This document shows, in pieces, positions 35,753 to 44,431 of a stretch of DNA of 48,018 nt. Source of the stretch: an uncultured Rickettsiales bacterium (GTDB lineage: Bacteria > Pseudomonadota > Alphaproteobacteria > Rickettsiales > SXRF01); the NCBI GenBank assembly GCA_964409675.1, contig CAYPEF010000003.1, forward strand, positions 1 through 48,018, in the 5' to 3' direction. Every line of letters starts with the position of its first letter. Within the stretch, counting starts at the first letter, position 1. Made by a program: the position numbers and the translations under genes. A model generated the notes under the pieces. The model made no database searches and was not told where the DNA came from. It saw nothing but the letters and a program-made list of their open reading frames with translations.

Positions 35753-36820
35753 ATGGGCATCACGCGCTTATGGCTAGCGCTGTTAGTGCTGGCATCGCAT
35801 ACGGGCATGATCTCCGTGTGGTATGGCCCGTTCGCGGTGGAATGTTTCTATTTGATCTCGGGTTTCTACATCCAGATGATCCTGCACGAGAAATACGCGC
35901 GCCAGCCCAATGGTACGCTGAAATTCTATGCCAGCCGTTTTTTACGCATCTATATCCCCTACTGGATCATCCTTGCAGCGGTATTCACCGGCGGCCTGCT
36001 GGTGCGCCACCCGCAGACGATTGCGCTTTTGCATCCCGCCAGCAAGCAGGAGGGCGTTTTGAGCGCCCTGTTAAACATCTTCATCATCGGCTCCGAGGAG
36101 CTGAAACTGCTGCGCATTCTTGGCGATTGCACGTTCTATCTCTGGGATAAAATGCTGATCGCCCCGGCATGGTCCATTGCCATTGAGCTGTTTTTTTATG
36201 CCGCCGCGCCGTTCCTGCTGCGCCGCACGCTGTGGCTGGTGATCATTACGCTGGCCACTGCCGCCGCCAAATTCCTGCTGCTGGGCGGGTATGCCGAAGC
36301 CATTTTCCGCGTCGGCTGCGGCGACAGCCTGTTTAATGGCATTGTGCCGCTGGAAATGGGCGTGTTCACGCTCGGTGCGCTGGCCTACCGTTTTTACGCC
36401 CGCCACCGCGAGGCGCTGGAGCGGCGCATGCAGCGGCTTTACTGGCCCGCTACTCTTTCCGCCCTGCTAGTCACCGGCCTGTTCGGCCTTGCCGCACGCG
36501 CCGCGCCAGCGTGGATGATTACCGGCTGGTATTGCCTGCTGCTGATCTTCGCGCCGCTGCTGCCATTTCTCTTTGCTGCCAGCCGCAAGCGCGTATGGGA
36601 CCGGCGCATCGGCGAGCTATCCTATGCGGTCTATCTCTGGCACCTGCCGGTGGTCGGCGCAGTGGGTGCATTACATATGAACCGGATCTTCCGCACCCTG
36701 GTAGCAGCGCTTGCCTCCATTGCACTTGCAATACCGGTGGCATTCTGGATCGAGCGGCCCTTGACCGCGCTTAGGCACCGGCTGTTCTGGCGACAGAATA
36801 TCGCTACGCAAGCACCTTAA
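35753..36820 (+). CDS. Acyltransferase-3 family integral membrane protein (putative glycan O-acyltransferase)
   Basis: ~10 predicted hydrophobic helices. N-terminal LALLVLASH (conserved His) and late GELSYAVYLWH motif typical of the family. Confidence 0.65.
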   Translation: MGITRLWLALLVLASHTGMISVWYGPFAVECFYLISGFYIQMILHEKYARQPNGTLKFYASRFLRIYIPYWIILAAVFTGGLLVRHPQTIALLHPASKQEGVLSALLNIFIIGSEELKLLRILGDCTFYLWDKMLIAPAWSIAIELFFYAAAPFLLRRTLWLVIITLATAAAKFLLLGGYAEAIFRVGCGDSLFNGIVPLEMGVFTLGALAYRFYARHREALERRMQRLYWPATLSALLVTGLFGLAARAAPAWMITGWYCLLLIFAPLLPFLFAASRKRVWDRRIGELSYAVYLWHLPVVGAVGALHMNRIFRTLVAALASIALAIPVAFWIERPLTALRHRLFWRQNIATQAP

Positions 36821-38150
36821 ACGGCGCCAGTATATTGCGCTGCACATCCGCTTCGTACAAGGTGGCGAAATGGGTAATGAGGTTGTTGAAATTATGCTCC
36901 AGCACCTCCCACATGGCGCAGCAGGCGTCATGCAGTTCCTGCATCGGCATGGCGCACAGCCGGTCAATCTGCGCCATGATCGCCTGCATGCGCTGCGCGG
37001 GATCGGTGATTTCATCGTAGGACTCATCAATCAGCGGCGCGAAGGTCTTAAACCCCATTCGCTGCAGTTCCCTCAACACGAACGGCGAGCCGAGATGGAT
37101 AAACGGCTGGAAGCGCAGTATGGGCCGCAGGGTTTTTTCGGTGATATAGAGCGTGGATGCATCGCTGAAATAGGTTTCGGTGACAATCTCGAAATAGGTA
37201 TCGATCCGCGCTTTCCCTTGGTAGCGACGAAATTCCGGCACCAGAAAGCGGATATCGGCAGGTGAGCGCCAAATGCCTTTTACCTTCTGCGCATCGCATT
37301 CATAGGTAATCGGGCGCATGGATTCCAGTCGCCCGATTTCCTTCTGGAAACGCCCCCCGTCCGGCACCTTGGAGAGCAGCGCGCGCATCTCGGCAATAAT
37401 ATCATTCCATTCGCCGCCGCTGTCGCCGATATAGGTCACCACGCCATCAGGAAGGTAATTGCGCGAAATAAGCTGCAATAGCAGCGCCACCCGGTGCGGG
37501 CGCGCTTTGAGATTAAGCGACATGAAACGCTTCGGGCGCATCTCCCCGGTTGCCACGCACGCATGCGCGGCCTGCTGCAACTGCCGCAAAATCGCCTTAA
37601 ATCCAGTTCCTGCTGCCATTTTTTGCATGATGGCATAAATATAAAAATGATATCCGACAAGATGGATACGGTAATCCGGACTGTGTTTTGCGCTCCATTC
37701 GGGATAGAATTCCGCGCTCGCATTGGCATTGATGAAATAGATTCGCTGTGCGGGCAGTTCCAGCCGGCGCAGCACGCGGTGAAATGCGCGGAACGCCTCG
37801 CCCACGCCCCCCTCGTTGCAGACCGCCTCACCAGAGAGATCGAACAGCAGACAGGCATGCGGGTTTTGCCGCATAAGTCCTAGCACCTCCTGCGAAAGGC
37901 GCGATTCGACGCCGCTGACATCCTCCAGCACGCGCAGGCGTATGGTAATGAATATCCGCGCATAGGCCGCCATATCCTGCACGCGCTCGCGACGGATGTC
38001 TTTCCACTGCATGCGGTCCAGCAGGCGGAAGAAATTGGTGTAATGGTCCTTATCGGGAATCAGGAACGCCAGCTCGCCTTCTTTGCCGATGCGATAGCAG
38101 CGGGGAAACCGCGCGGCGCGGTGGCGAATCAGCCGCGCGGCACTGCGCAT
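36804..38150 (-). CDS. Hypothetical protein, possible fucosyltransferase-like glycosyltransferase
   Basis: YFEIVTETYFSDASTLYITEKTLRPI is reminiscent of the FENS...YxTEK motif of GT10-type fucosyltransferases. Start trimmed to MRSAARL (38150). The 3' end overlaps the convergent acyltransferase gene by 17 nt. Confidence 0.35.
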   Translation of the reverse strand: MRSAARLIRHRAARFPRCYRIGKEGELAFLIPDKDHYTNFFRLLDRMQWKDIRRERVQDMAAYARIFITIRLRVLEDVSGVESRLSQEVLGLMRQNPHACLLFDLSGEAVCNEGGVGEAFRAFHRVLRRLELPAQRIYFINANASAEFYPEWSAKHSPDYRIHLVGYHFYIYAIMQKMAAGTGFKAILRQLQQAAHACVATGEMRPKRFMSLNLKARPHRVALLLQLISRNYLPDGVVTYIGDSGGEWNDIIAEMRALLSKVPDGGRFQKEIGRLESMRPITYECDAQKVKGIWRSPADIRFLVPEFRRYQGKARIDTYFEIVTETYFSDASTLYITEKTLRPILRFQPFIHLGSPFVLRELQRMGFKTFAPLIDESYDEITDPAQRMQAIMAQIDRLCAMPMQELHDACCAMWEVLEHNFNNLITHFATLYEADVQRNILAPFKVLA

Positions 38151-38191
38151 ATTCGGCACTTGCCTGGAAATATGCAGTGCCAGCGGCACCT

Positions 38192-39175
38192 TTAGGCCGC
38201 CCTTGACAGGCGCGGCGCCAGCGTCTGGGGATCGATATTTTCCCGCCACCAGTGGATTGCGTCGCGGATCCCATCCTCCAGCCCGATCTTCGGCTTCCAG
38301 CCCAGCTCTTTCTCCGCCAGCGCGCAATCGAGACTCAGCGAAGTCTTGATGGTCGGCGCGCTTAAGTCATGCTCGATGGCGAGCTTCTTGCCCGATGCCT
38401 GCACCATCTGCTCGATCACCCGCTTCACCGGATAGGCCTTGCCGAGGCCGCAATTATAGAGGCGGTATTTCTCCGGCTGTCTTGCAATGGCGGCTTCCAC
38501 GAAATCGCAGAGATCACTTGCGTGCAGCAAATCGCGCTCCTCCTCGCCGGTACCCCACATGATAATTTTATCGTTGGCCGTCATCACCTTGGTGATATTC
38601 GCGCCGAAGAAATGGCTGCGCTCCAGGTCATATTTATCGTGCGGACCGTAAATATTAGAATGGCGGATGGCGGTGAATTTCGTGTCGGCCAGCCCGGCGA
38701 AGAACTCGCACATTTTCTCGATATAGAGCTTGGTGTTGCCCACCCCGAAATAGCGCGGGTGCAGCGGGCGGTTGGCGTCGAAATCGGATTCCTTCAGCGG
38801 CGTGTCGGATGACTGGTACATCACTGTGCAGCTGAAGAAAATCACGTGCTTCACCTTCTTCTCGAAGGCGGCGCGGAATAGGTAGGAATTCATCACCGCG
38901 TTGTCGGTCACGTGGATGAACGGCTTGGTGACGATATCCTTCGCCCCCGAAGTGGTCGCCGCCGCCTGGACGATAATGTCCATCCCCTCCACCAGCTTCT
39001 CCACCACTACCGGGTCGCGCAAATCCGCCTGGTGCCAGACGGTATTGGCAAGCGGATATTCCGGGCGCTTATAGCGTACCGCGTGCACTTCGTACTCGCC
39101 GCTACGCGCAAACCGCTCGGCCATGTTGCGCCCAACGAAGCCGGTGGCGCCGCAAATGAGAATCTTCTTTTTCAT
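38192..39175 (-). CDS. Extended-SDR NAD-dependent epimerase/dehydratase family protein
   Basis: KILICGATGFVGRNM, RHSNIYGPHDKY. Start trimmed to MKKKIL (39175). Confidence 0.75.
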   Translation of the reverse strand: MKKKILICGATGFVGRNMAERFARSGEYEVHAVRYKRPEYPLANTVWHQADLRDPVVVEKLVEGMDIIVQAAATTSGAKDIVTKPFIHVTDNAVMNSYLFRAAFEKKVKHVIFFSCTVMYQSSDTPLKESDFDANRPLHPRYFGVGNTKLYIEKMCEFFAGLADTKFTAIRHSNIYGPHDKYDLERSHFFGANITKVMTANDKIIMWGTGEEERDLLHASDLCDFVEAAIARQPEKYRLYNCGLGKAYPVKRVIEQMVQASGKKLAIEHDLSAPTIKTSLSLDCALAEKELGWKPKIGLEDGIRDAIHWWRENIDPQTLAPRLSRAA

Positions 39176-39301
39176 GCTGTTCCTATCATTTATCTTCTGG
39201 GATGCGCCTTCGAGTTGTAATGGCCCCCGCATGGCGAGGCAAGCGCATAAATCGGGCGAGAGCGGTTGCGCATGAGGTGAGAGCGTGGCATAGTCGCGCC
39301 C

Positions 39302-40228
39302 ATGTCGGCCATAGCGGAAACCCCCCTGATTTCACTGATCGTCATCGTGCACAACGGCGCGGGCACTATCGACAGGGCGCTGGAATCGGTGAAGCGGCAG
39401 ACTTACGCGCATTACGAGCTTCTGGTGCTGGACGCCGCCTCCACCGACGGCACGCAAGCCATCATCGAGCAATACCGCGATATCCTCACCTACTACCACT
39501 CCCGCCCCGACAACGGCCCCTACGATGCCTTCCACCAGTCCTTCGCGCTGGCCAAGGGTGACATTATCGGACTGCTTAACGCCGACGACTGGCTGAGTCC
39601 CGAGGCGCTGGCGGAGGTGGTCGCGCTTTACCATGCACACCCGCACGCGCAGATTTTCAGCTTCGGCATCCAGGAGCACCAGCTGCTGACAGACGGCACG
39701 CTCGCGCCAGGCCGTTACCTGCCCGCACAGACGGACGCGCAATTTACCCTTGCCGACGGGCTCTACTGCCACGGCCTGACGCAGTTCTACGCCCGCGACG
39801 TCATCGCCCGCGAAGGAAGCTACAAGGTGGAGCAATACCCCCAGCTGGCCGACCGCGAGTTCTATATCCGCTTAGGCCTGCAAAATCTGCCGCGCGCAGG
39901 CGTGGATAAGCCGCTCTATCATTTCCTGGTGCACCCGCAATCCAATTCCATGAGCGGCAATATCCCCAAAACCGCTGCCATGCTCGCCGAAACGCTGGAC
40001 GTAGCGCGCAACTGCCTGAAGCGCCGGGATATAGACGCGGCACAGCGCCGCCTGTTCGCCCGCTGGTACAGCTTCAACGCGGTGCGCACCGCCTGGTTCC
40101 AGTGGCGCGCCCGCCAATGCGGCGCGGCGGTCAAAACCATGCTCGGGGCGCTGCGCCAGCCATTGGAGCTGATTGCCATCTTGCGCGACCACCGCCTGCC
40201 TCCCGCCTTCCGGCCCCGGCATGGCTAA
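39302..40228 (+). CDS. Glycosyltransferase family 2
   Basis: ISLIVIVHNGAGTIDRALESVKRQTYAHYELLVLDAASTDGT, LNADD (DxD-type). Confidence 0.8.
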   Translation: MSAIAETPLISLIVIVHNGAGTIDRALESVKRQTYAHYELLVLDAASTDGTQAIIEQYRDILTYYHSRPDNGPYDAFHQSFALAKGDIIGLLNADDWLSPEALAEVVALYHAHPHAQIFSFGIQEHQLLTDGTLAPGRYLPAQTDAQFTLADGLYCHGLTQFYARDVIAREGSYKVEQYPQLADREFYIRLGLQNLPRAGVDKPLYHFLVHPQSNSMSGNIPKTAAMLAETLDVARNCLKRRDIDAAQRRLFARWYSFNAVRTAWFQWRARQCGAAVKTMLGALRQPLELIAILRDHRLPPAFRPRHG

Positions 40229-41129
40229 AATCGACATCCTGCTCGCCGCCTATAACGGCGCGCCTTACCTCTGCGCCCAGATCGATTCCCTGCTGCGCCA
40301 GGATTACCCGCACTGGCGACTGTTGATCCGCGATGACGGCTCCACCGACGACACACGCGCCCTCGCCCAGTCCTACGCAGTGCAATACCCGGACAAAATC
40401 CAGCTGCTGCCTATGGGCGGCAATCTCGGCGCTTCCGGCAATTTCGCTGCCCTGCTCGCGACCTCCACCGCCGAATATGCCATGTTCTGCGACCAGGACG
40501 ACGTCTGGCACCCGCAGAAAATCAGCGTAAGCCTGAAGGAAATGCAGGCGCTGGAAGCGCAGCATGGCAAGGACACGCCGCTGCTGGTGCACGCGGACGC
40601 GCGGATCGTGGACAGCAACCTGCATCTACTGCACCCCTCCTTCGCCGCCTATGAGCGCTTACAGCCGGAGCACGCCACGCTCGCGCGCCTGCTGGTGCAG
40701 AACGCCGCGCAAGGCTGCGCCATGCTGCTGAACCGCGCGCTGGCGCGCCTCGCCTCCCCTATCCCTGCGGAAGCTCGGATGCATGACATGTGGGTTGCGC
40801 TGATAGCCGCCGCCTGCGGCTATATCGCCTATATCCCCGAGCCACTCCTCGATTACCGCCAGCACGCCAACAACGCCATCGGTACGCCGGGCGCAAATAT
40901 GGAGAAGATCAAAGGCCGTATCCGCCAGATGATGCAGGATAACCTCGCGCAGGCCCACGCGCTGCATGCGCGCTGCGCCGCACACATGCCAGCCGACAGC
41001 CGCACCATCGTGGAATCCTTCCTCGCCCTGCCCGCATTGCCGTGGGGCCTGCGCCAGCTACGGCTCCTCACCGGCGGCTACCTGCGCCACCCGCTGCATG
41101 AGAATCTGGCGGTGCTGTGGCATTACTGA
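40221..41129 (+). CDS. Glycosyltransferase family 2 (rhamnosyltransferase-like)
   Basis: KIDILLAAYNGAPYLCAQIDSLLRQDYPHWRLLIRDDGSTDDT, FCDQDDVW. Start at MAKIDIL overlaps the upstream stop (ATGGCTAA). Confidence 0.8.
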   Translation: MAKIDILLAAYNGAPYLCAQIDSLLRQDYPHWRLLIRDDGSTDDTRALAQSYAVQYPDKIQLLPMGGNLGASGNFAALLATSTAEYAMFCDQDDVWHPQKISVSLKEMQALEAQHGKDTPLLVHADARIVDSNLHLLHPSFAAYERLQPEHATLARLLVQNAAQGCAMLLNRALARLASPIPAEARMHDMWVALIAAACGYIAYIPEPLLDYRQHANNAIGTPGANMEKIKGRIRQMMQDNLAQAHALHARCAAHMPADSRTIVESFLALPALPWGLRQLRLLTGGYLRHPLHENLAVLWHY

Positions 41130-41135
41130 CGTTTC

Positions 41136-41301
41136 CCTCCCCCTGGAGGGGGAGGATAGCAATCCTTAGCGCTTGCGCTTAGGATTGCTTGGTGGGGGTG
41201 AAAGACCTCTCAGTATAACTTCACCGCTGTCACCCTCACTCAGCATCTTCTAAATGCTAAAGCATTAAGAAGATGCAACCCTCTCCCTTAAAGGGAGAGG
41301 G
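41136..41301. repeat. Cluster of four REP-like hairpins between convergent genes
   Basis: 41136-41155: CCTCCCCC/GGGGGAGG. 41159-41188: 14-bp arms with 1 mismatch. 41243-41276: 16-bp arms with 1 mismatch. 41279-41301: CCCTCTCCCT/AGGGAGAGGG followed by a T-run. Confidence 0.75.
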
Positions 41302-41310
41302 GAAGTATTT

Positions 41311-42600
41311 TTACGCCGCCGCTTTCACGCCTTGCGCGGCCATAAACTCGTCGATGCATTTCGCCACGTATTCGCAGGCTTCCTTGCTCACCGCATGATG
41401 GCAGCCGACGGCAAAGCCACGGGTCATGATGGTATCGCAATTCTCCAGCGTTCCCGCCACGCGGTGGGTGAACATCTTGAGCGCCGGGTGCTTGGCCATG
41501 TTGCCGGCGATGATTGGCCGGGTTTCGATGTTTTTCTTGTTCAGGAACGCTGTGATATCCCTCGGCGTAAACGGCGCGCCCTCTTTCAGCACGATGCCGA
41601 AGCCGAACCAGCTGGCCTCGCCGCCCGTTTGCTCCTCCTGGAAGCGGAAATAGCGGGAGTGCTTGTCCAGCAGTTTGCGGTAGGTATCGCGCGCCGCGCG
41701 GCGGTTTTTCACGAAGCCTTCCAGCTTGGGCAGCTGCTTCATGCCCATCACCGCCTGCACTTCGGTGGGGCGCAGATTATAGCCGAGATTGATGAAGATA
41801 AAGCGCGGGTCGATCTCGGGGTATTCCTTGATATATTTCTCTTTCTCATCCGCCTCGCGGCTCCAGCCGTGGGCGCGGAGCACGCGCATCAGTTCGGTGA
41901 GCTTGAAATTATCGGTAAAGCAGATGCCGCCCTCAAACGTGGTGATGTGGTGCGAGTAATAAAAGCTCATGGTGCCGACATCGCCGAGCGTGCCGATCAT
42001 CTTGCCCTTGTATTTTGCACCCATCGATTCGCAGGTATCCTCGATCACGTAAAGCTTGTGCTTCTTGGCCAGCGCCAGAATGGCATCCATGTCGCACGGA
42101 TTGCCGTACACGTGCACGAGCATAATGGCCTTGGTTTTGGGCGTAATCGCCGCTTCCAGCTTCTTCATGTCGAAATTATAGGTATCCAAATCGCAATCCA
42201 CGAACACCGGCACCAGCTGATGCTGAATCAGCGGCCAGACAGTCGTTGCCCAAGAAAGCGCGGGCACGATCACCTCATCGCCCGGCTTCAAATGATTCTC
42301 CCACGCCGGATTCGCCAGCGCCGCCACAGCGAGCAAATTGGCCGAGGAGCCGGAATTGTTCATTAAGCTGTATTTGCAGCCGAAATAGGAAGCGCACTGC
42401 TCCTCAAAGCTGCGCACCTGCTTGCCCATGGTGACCATGGTGGAGAGCGACTGATTGATCATCGCGTTCACCTCTTCCGCGCCGAAGCTTGTCTCATGCA
42501 GGCGCACGGCGGGGTTTGTTGGGTCGAAAGCGAAGTTGAAATGCTCCTTGCAGTAGGCGTTTACGTTTTCTTCAATCGCTTGCAGATGCTTGTCGGTCAT
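41311..42600 (-). CDS. PLP/PMP-dependent NDP-4-keto-6-deoxy-sugar 3-dehydratase, ColD-like (DegT/DnrJ/EryC1 fold)
   Basis: SFYYSHHITTFEGG: the Schiff-base Lys position is His (codon 41950-41952, CAC on the minus strand). LRAHGWSRE, LSWATT and ASWFGFGIVLKEG blocks resemble ColD. No Cys-rich Fe-S motif as in RfbH/E1. Start at MTDKHLQ (42600) with a GAGGAGA SD. Confidence 0.8.
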   Translation of the reverse strand: MTDKHLQAIEENVNAYCKEHFNFAFDPTNPAVRLHETSFGAEEVNAMINQSLSTMVTMGKQVRSFEEQCASYFGCKYSLMNNSGSSANLLAVAALANPAWENHLKPGDEVIVPALSWATTVWPLIQHQLVPVFVDCDLDTYNFDMKKLEAAITPKTKAIMLVHVYGNPCDMDAILALAKKHKLYVIEDTCESMGAKYKGKMIGTLGDVGTMSFYYSHHITTFEGGICFTDNFKLTELMRVLRAHGWSREADEKEKYIKEYPEIDPRFIFINLGYNLRPTEVQAVMGMKQLPKLEGFVKNRRAARDTYRKLLDKHSRYFRFQEEQTGGEASWFGFGIVLKEGAPFTPRDITAFLNKKNIETRPIIAGNMAKHPALKMFTHRVAGTLENCDTIMTRGFAVGCHHAVSKEACEYVAKCIDEFMAAQGVKAAA

Positions 42601-42619
42601 ATTCACTCTCCTCGTTGTC

Positions 42620-42681
42620 ATTCCCGCGCAGGCGGGAATCTAGCTTTACTTACATTCCTGGATTCCCGCTTGCGCGGGAAT
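42620..42681. repeat. Two ATTCCCGC-N4-GCGGGAAT palindromes (ATTCCC-N8-GGGAAT type) 42 bp apart
   Basis: 42620-42639 ATTCCCGCGCAGGCGGGAAT and 42662-42681 ATTCCCGCTTGCGCGGGAAT, both in the 89-nt spacer between the Gmd/Rmd-like and ColD-like genes. Confidence 0.8.
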
Positions 42682-42689
42682 AACAGTGT

Positions 42690-43706
42690 TTAGCGCGTCA
42701 AAAACTGGCTGCCGCTGGCTACGCGCTCGCGCCAGTAATCGAGCAGGTCCTGCATGGTTTTCTCAAACGGTATCTGCGGTTTCCAGCCGGTATGGGCTTC
42801 GAATTTAGTTGTGTCCGGCACCTGCAAATCGGCATCAATGGGGCGCAGGCGGTCGGGGTCAATCTCCACCTTGATTTCCCCTTTTTTCGGCGACAGCGAG
42901 ATCAGATGATTCAGCATCTCACGCACCGAGCAGGTGAACTGCCCGCCGATATTGTAATACGCCCCCGGCGTCGGGTTGATCGTCACCAGCATCACATACG
43001 CTCGCACCGCATCGCGCACGTCGGCAAAGGTGCGTAAAGAATCCAGGTTGCCTACCTTGATCACCGGCGCGATCATCCCCTGCTCGATCATGGCAATCTG
43101 CTTGGCAAACGTCGACTCGGCGAATACGTCGCCGCGCCTCGGGCCGGTATGGGTGAACATGCGGGTGGTCATCACCTTCATGTTGTAAGCCTCGGCATAG
43201 AAGCGCCCCACCAGGTCAGTGCCGACCTTGGAAATGGCGTAAGGAGACGCCGGGTGGAACGTGCATTCCTCGTTAATCGGCAGCTTCTCCTTCGGCACCC
43301 GTCCGAACACTTCCGAAGAGGCGCAGACATGGATCACCGCGTCCTGCTTGTAGGTTTTCAGCGCCTCCAGCACGCGGCTGGTGCCCTGGATATTGGTTTC
43401 ATACGTATCCAGCGGGGCGGTGAAGCTGGTTTTGGGGTAGCTCTGCGCGGCGAGGTGAAACACGTAATCCGGCAGGCACAGGCGCACCGCCTCGTTAATC
43501 GAGTCGGAATCGCGCAAATCGCCGTAGATCAGGTGAATGCGGTCTTTGCTGTTAATGCGCGGGATAAGGTGGGAGAGGTTATCCAAGGGGCTGCGCCAGC
43601 GCGTTAAACCGTAAATTTCCCAGTCAGTCTGCTCCAGCAGGAAATCCGCCAGGTGGGAACCGACCATGCCGGTAATGCCGGTGATGAATGCGCGTTTTTT
43701 GGTCAT
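42690..43706 (-). CDS. GDP-sugar 4,6-dehydratase / 4-reductase family SDR (Gmd/Rmd-like)
   Basis: AFITGITGMVGSHL, ASSEVFG, SPYAISK (YxxxK), FTHTGPRRGDVF, VGNLDSLRTFADVRD. Sits between hddC and the ColD-like gene. Confidence 0.65.
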   Translation of the reverse strand: MTKKRAFITGITGMVGSHLADFLLEQTDWEIYGLTRWRSPLDNLSHLIPRINSKDRIHLIYGDLRDSDSINEAVRLCLPDYVFHLAAQSYPKTSFTAPLDTYETNIQGTSRVLEALKTYKQDAVIHVCASSEVFGRVPKEKLPINEECTFHPASPYAISKVGTDLVGRFYAEAYNMKVMTTRMFTHTGPRRGDVFAESTFAKQIAMIEQGMIAPVIKVGNLDSLRTFADVRDAVRAYVMLVTINPTPGAYYNIGGQFTCSVREMLNHLISLSPKKGEIKVEIDPDRLRPIDADLQVPDTTKFEAHTGWKPQIPFEKTMQDLLDYWRERVASGSQFLTR

Positions 43707-43709
43707 TAG

Positions 43710-44426
43710 TCAGGCTGCGTTTTTCTTAATGAATGGTTTTAATTCTGCTTCCGCTCTCGCGTAATCGCTGGGGATGCCGATGTCAATAAAATACCCCTTC
43801 ACCTCATAGCCGTACATCGGGATGACATCCGCATAGGGCCGCTGATAATCGACCTCAAAGGAAAAAACTTCCGGCAGGCTCAGCCCGGCAAATGCGTCCG
43901 GCGAAATAATATAGCAGCCGGTGCTGATAAACCCTTCCCCCGCCCCGCCGGGATAGCAGAACGATACAATCCGTCCGTCCGGCGTGCAGCCTATTTCCCC
44001 GTAACGGCTGCAATCGGGCATATTGCGCAGTGCAACCGTCACTTTCGCCTGTTTTTCCTCATGTTCCTTCAGCATGGCGGGAATATCCGCCTCTACGAAT
44101 GTATCGCCGTTGGAGACATAGACCGGCTTCTCCGGCTGCAAGGCATCCAGCGCCAGCCTGATCGCCCCACCGGTGCCAAGCGGTGTGGATTCCTCCGTAT
44201 AGGTAATCGGCATCCCCTCAAACGCATCCCCGAAATAGGAGCGGATAACCGGGGCCAGATGGTGCAGCGACAGCAGCGCATGCGTTATCCCCTGCCCTTG
44301 CAGGTAGCGCAGGTAATGCGCCAGAAACGGCTCGCCCGCAATCGGGGCCATGGGTTTGGGAATATCCTCGCCGATGGCGGATTTCAACCGTGTGCCGAAT
44401 CCCCCGGCAAGGATAATGGCCTGCAT
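43710..44426 (-). CDS. hddC: D-glycero-alpha-D-manno-heptose 1-phosphate guanylyltransferase-type nucleotidyltransferase
   Basis: MQAIILAGGFGTRLKS...PKPMAPI, LGTGGAI. ~238 aa. Flanked by gmhA. Confidence 0.7.
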   Translation of the reverse strand: MQAIILAGGFGTRLKSAIGEDIPKPMAPIAGEPFLAHYLRYLQGQGITHALLSLHHLAPVIRSYFGDAFEGMPITYTEESTPLGTGGAIRLALDALQPEKPVYVSNGDTFVEADIPAMLKEHEEKQAKVTVALRNMPDCSRYGEIGCTPDGRIVSFCYPGGAGEGFISTGCYIISPDAFAGLSLPEVFSFEVDYQRPYADVIPMYGYEVKGYFIDIGIPSDYARAEAELKPFIKKNAA

Positions 44427-44431
44427 GCAGC

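Noticed and set aside
39318-39328. Short homopolymer tracts as phase-variation switches: C6 at ~39321 near the 5' end of a GT2 gene, G6 at ~20711, T7 at ~8211.
   Set aside because: The tracts are short, at 6-7 nt. Tracts of this length occur by chance in 48 kb, and no frameshifted gene halves are visible around them.
41311-42600. Calling the DegT-fold gene RfbH/E1 (CDP-6-deoxy-4-keto-hexose 3-dehydrase) because rfbF and rfbG are in the locus.
   Set aside because: It lacks the Cys-rich Fe-S segment of E1, and no E3 reductase gene is present. It is operonic with GDP-sugar genes rather than with rfbFG, and its conserved blocks look ColD-like.
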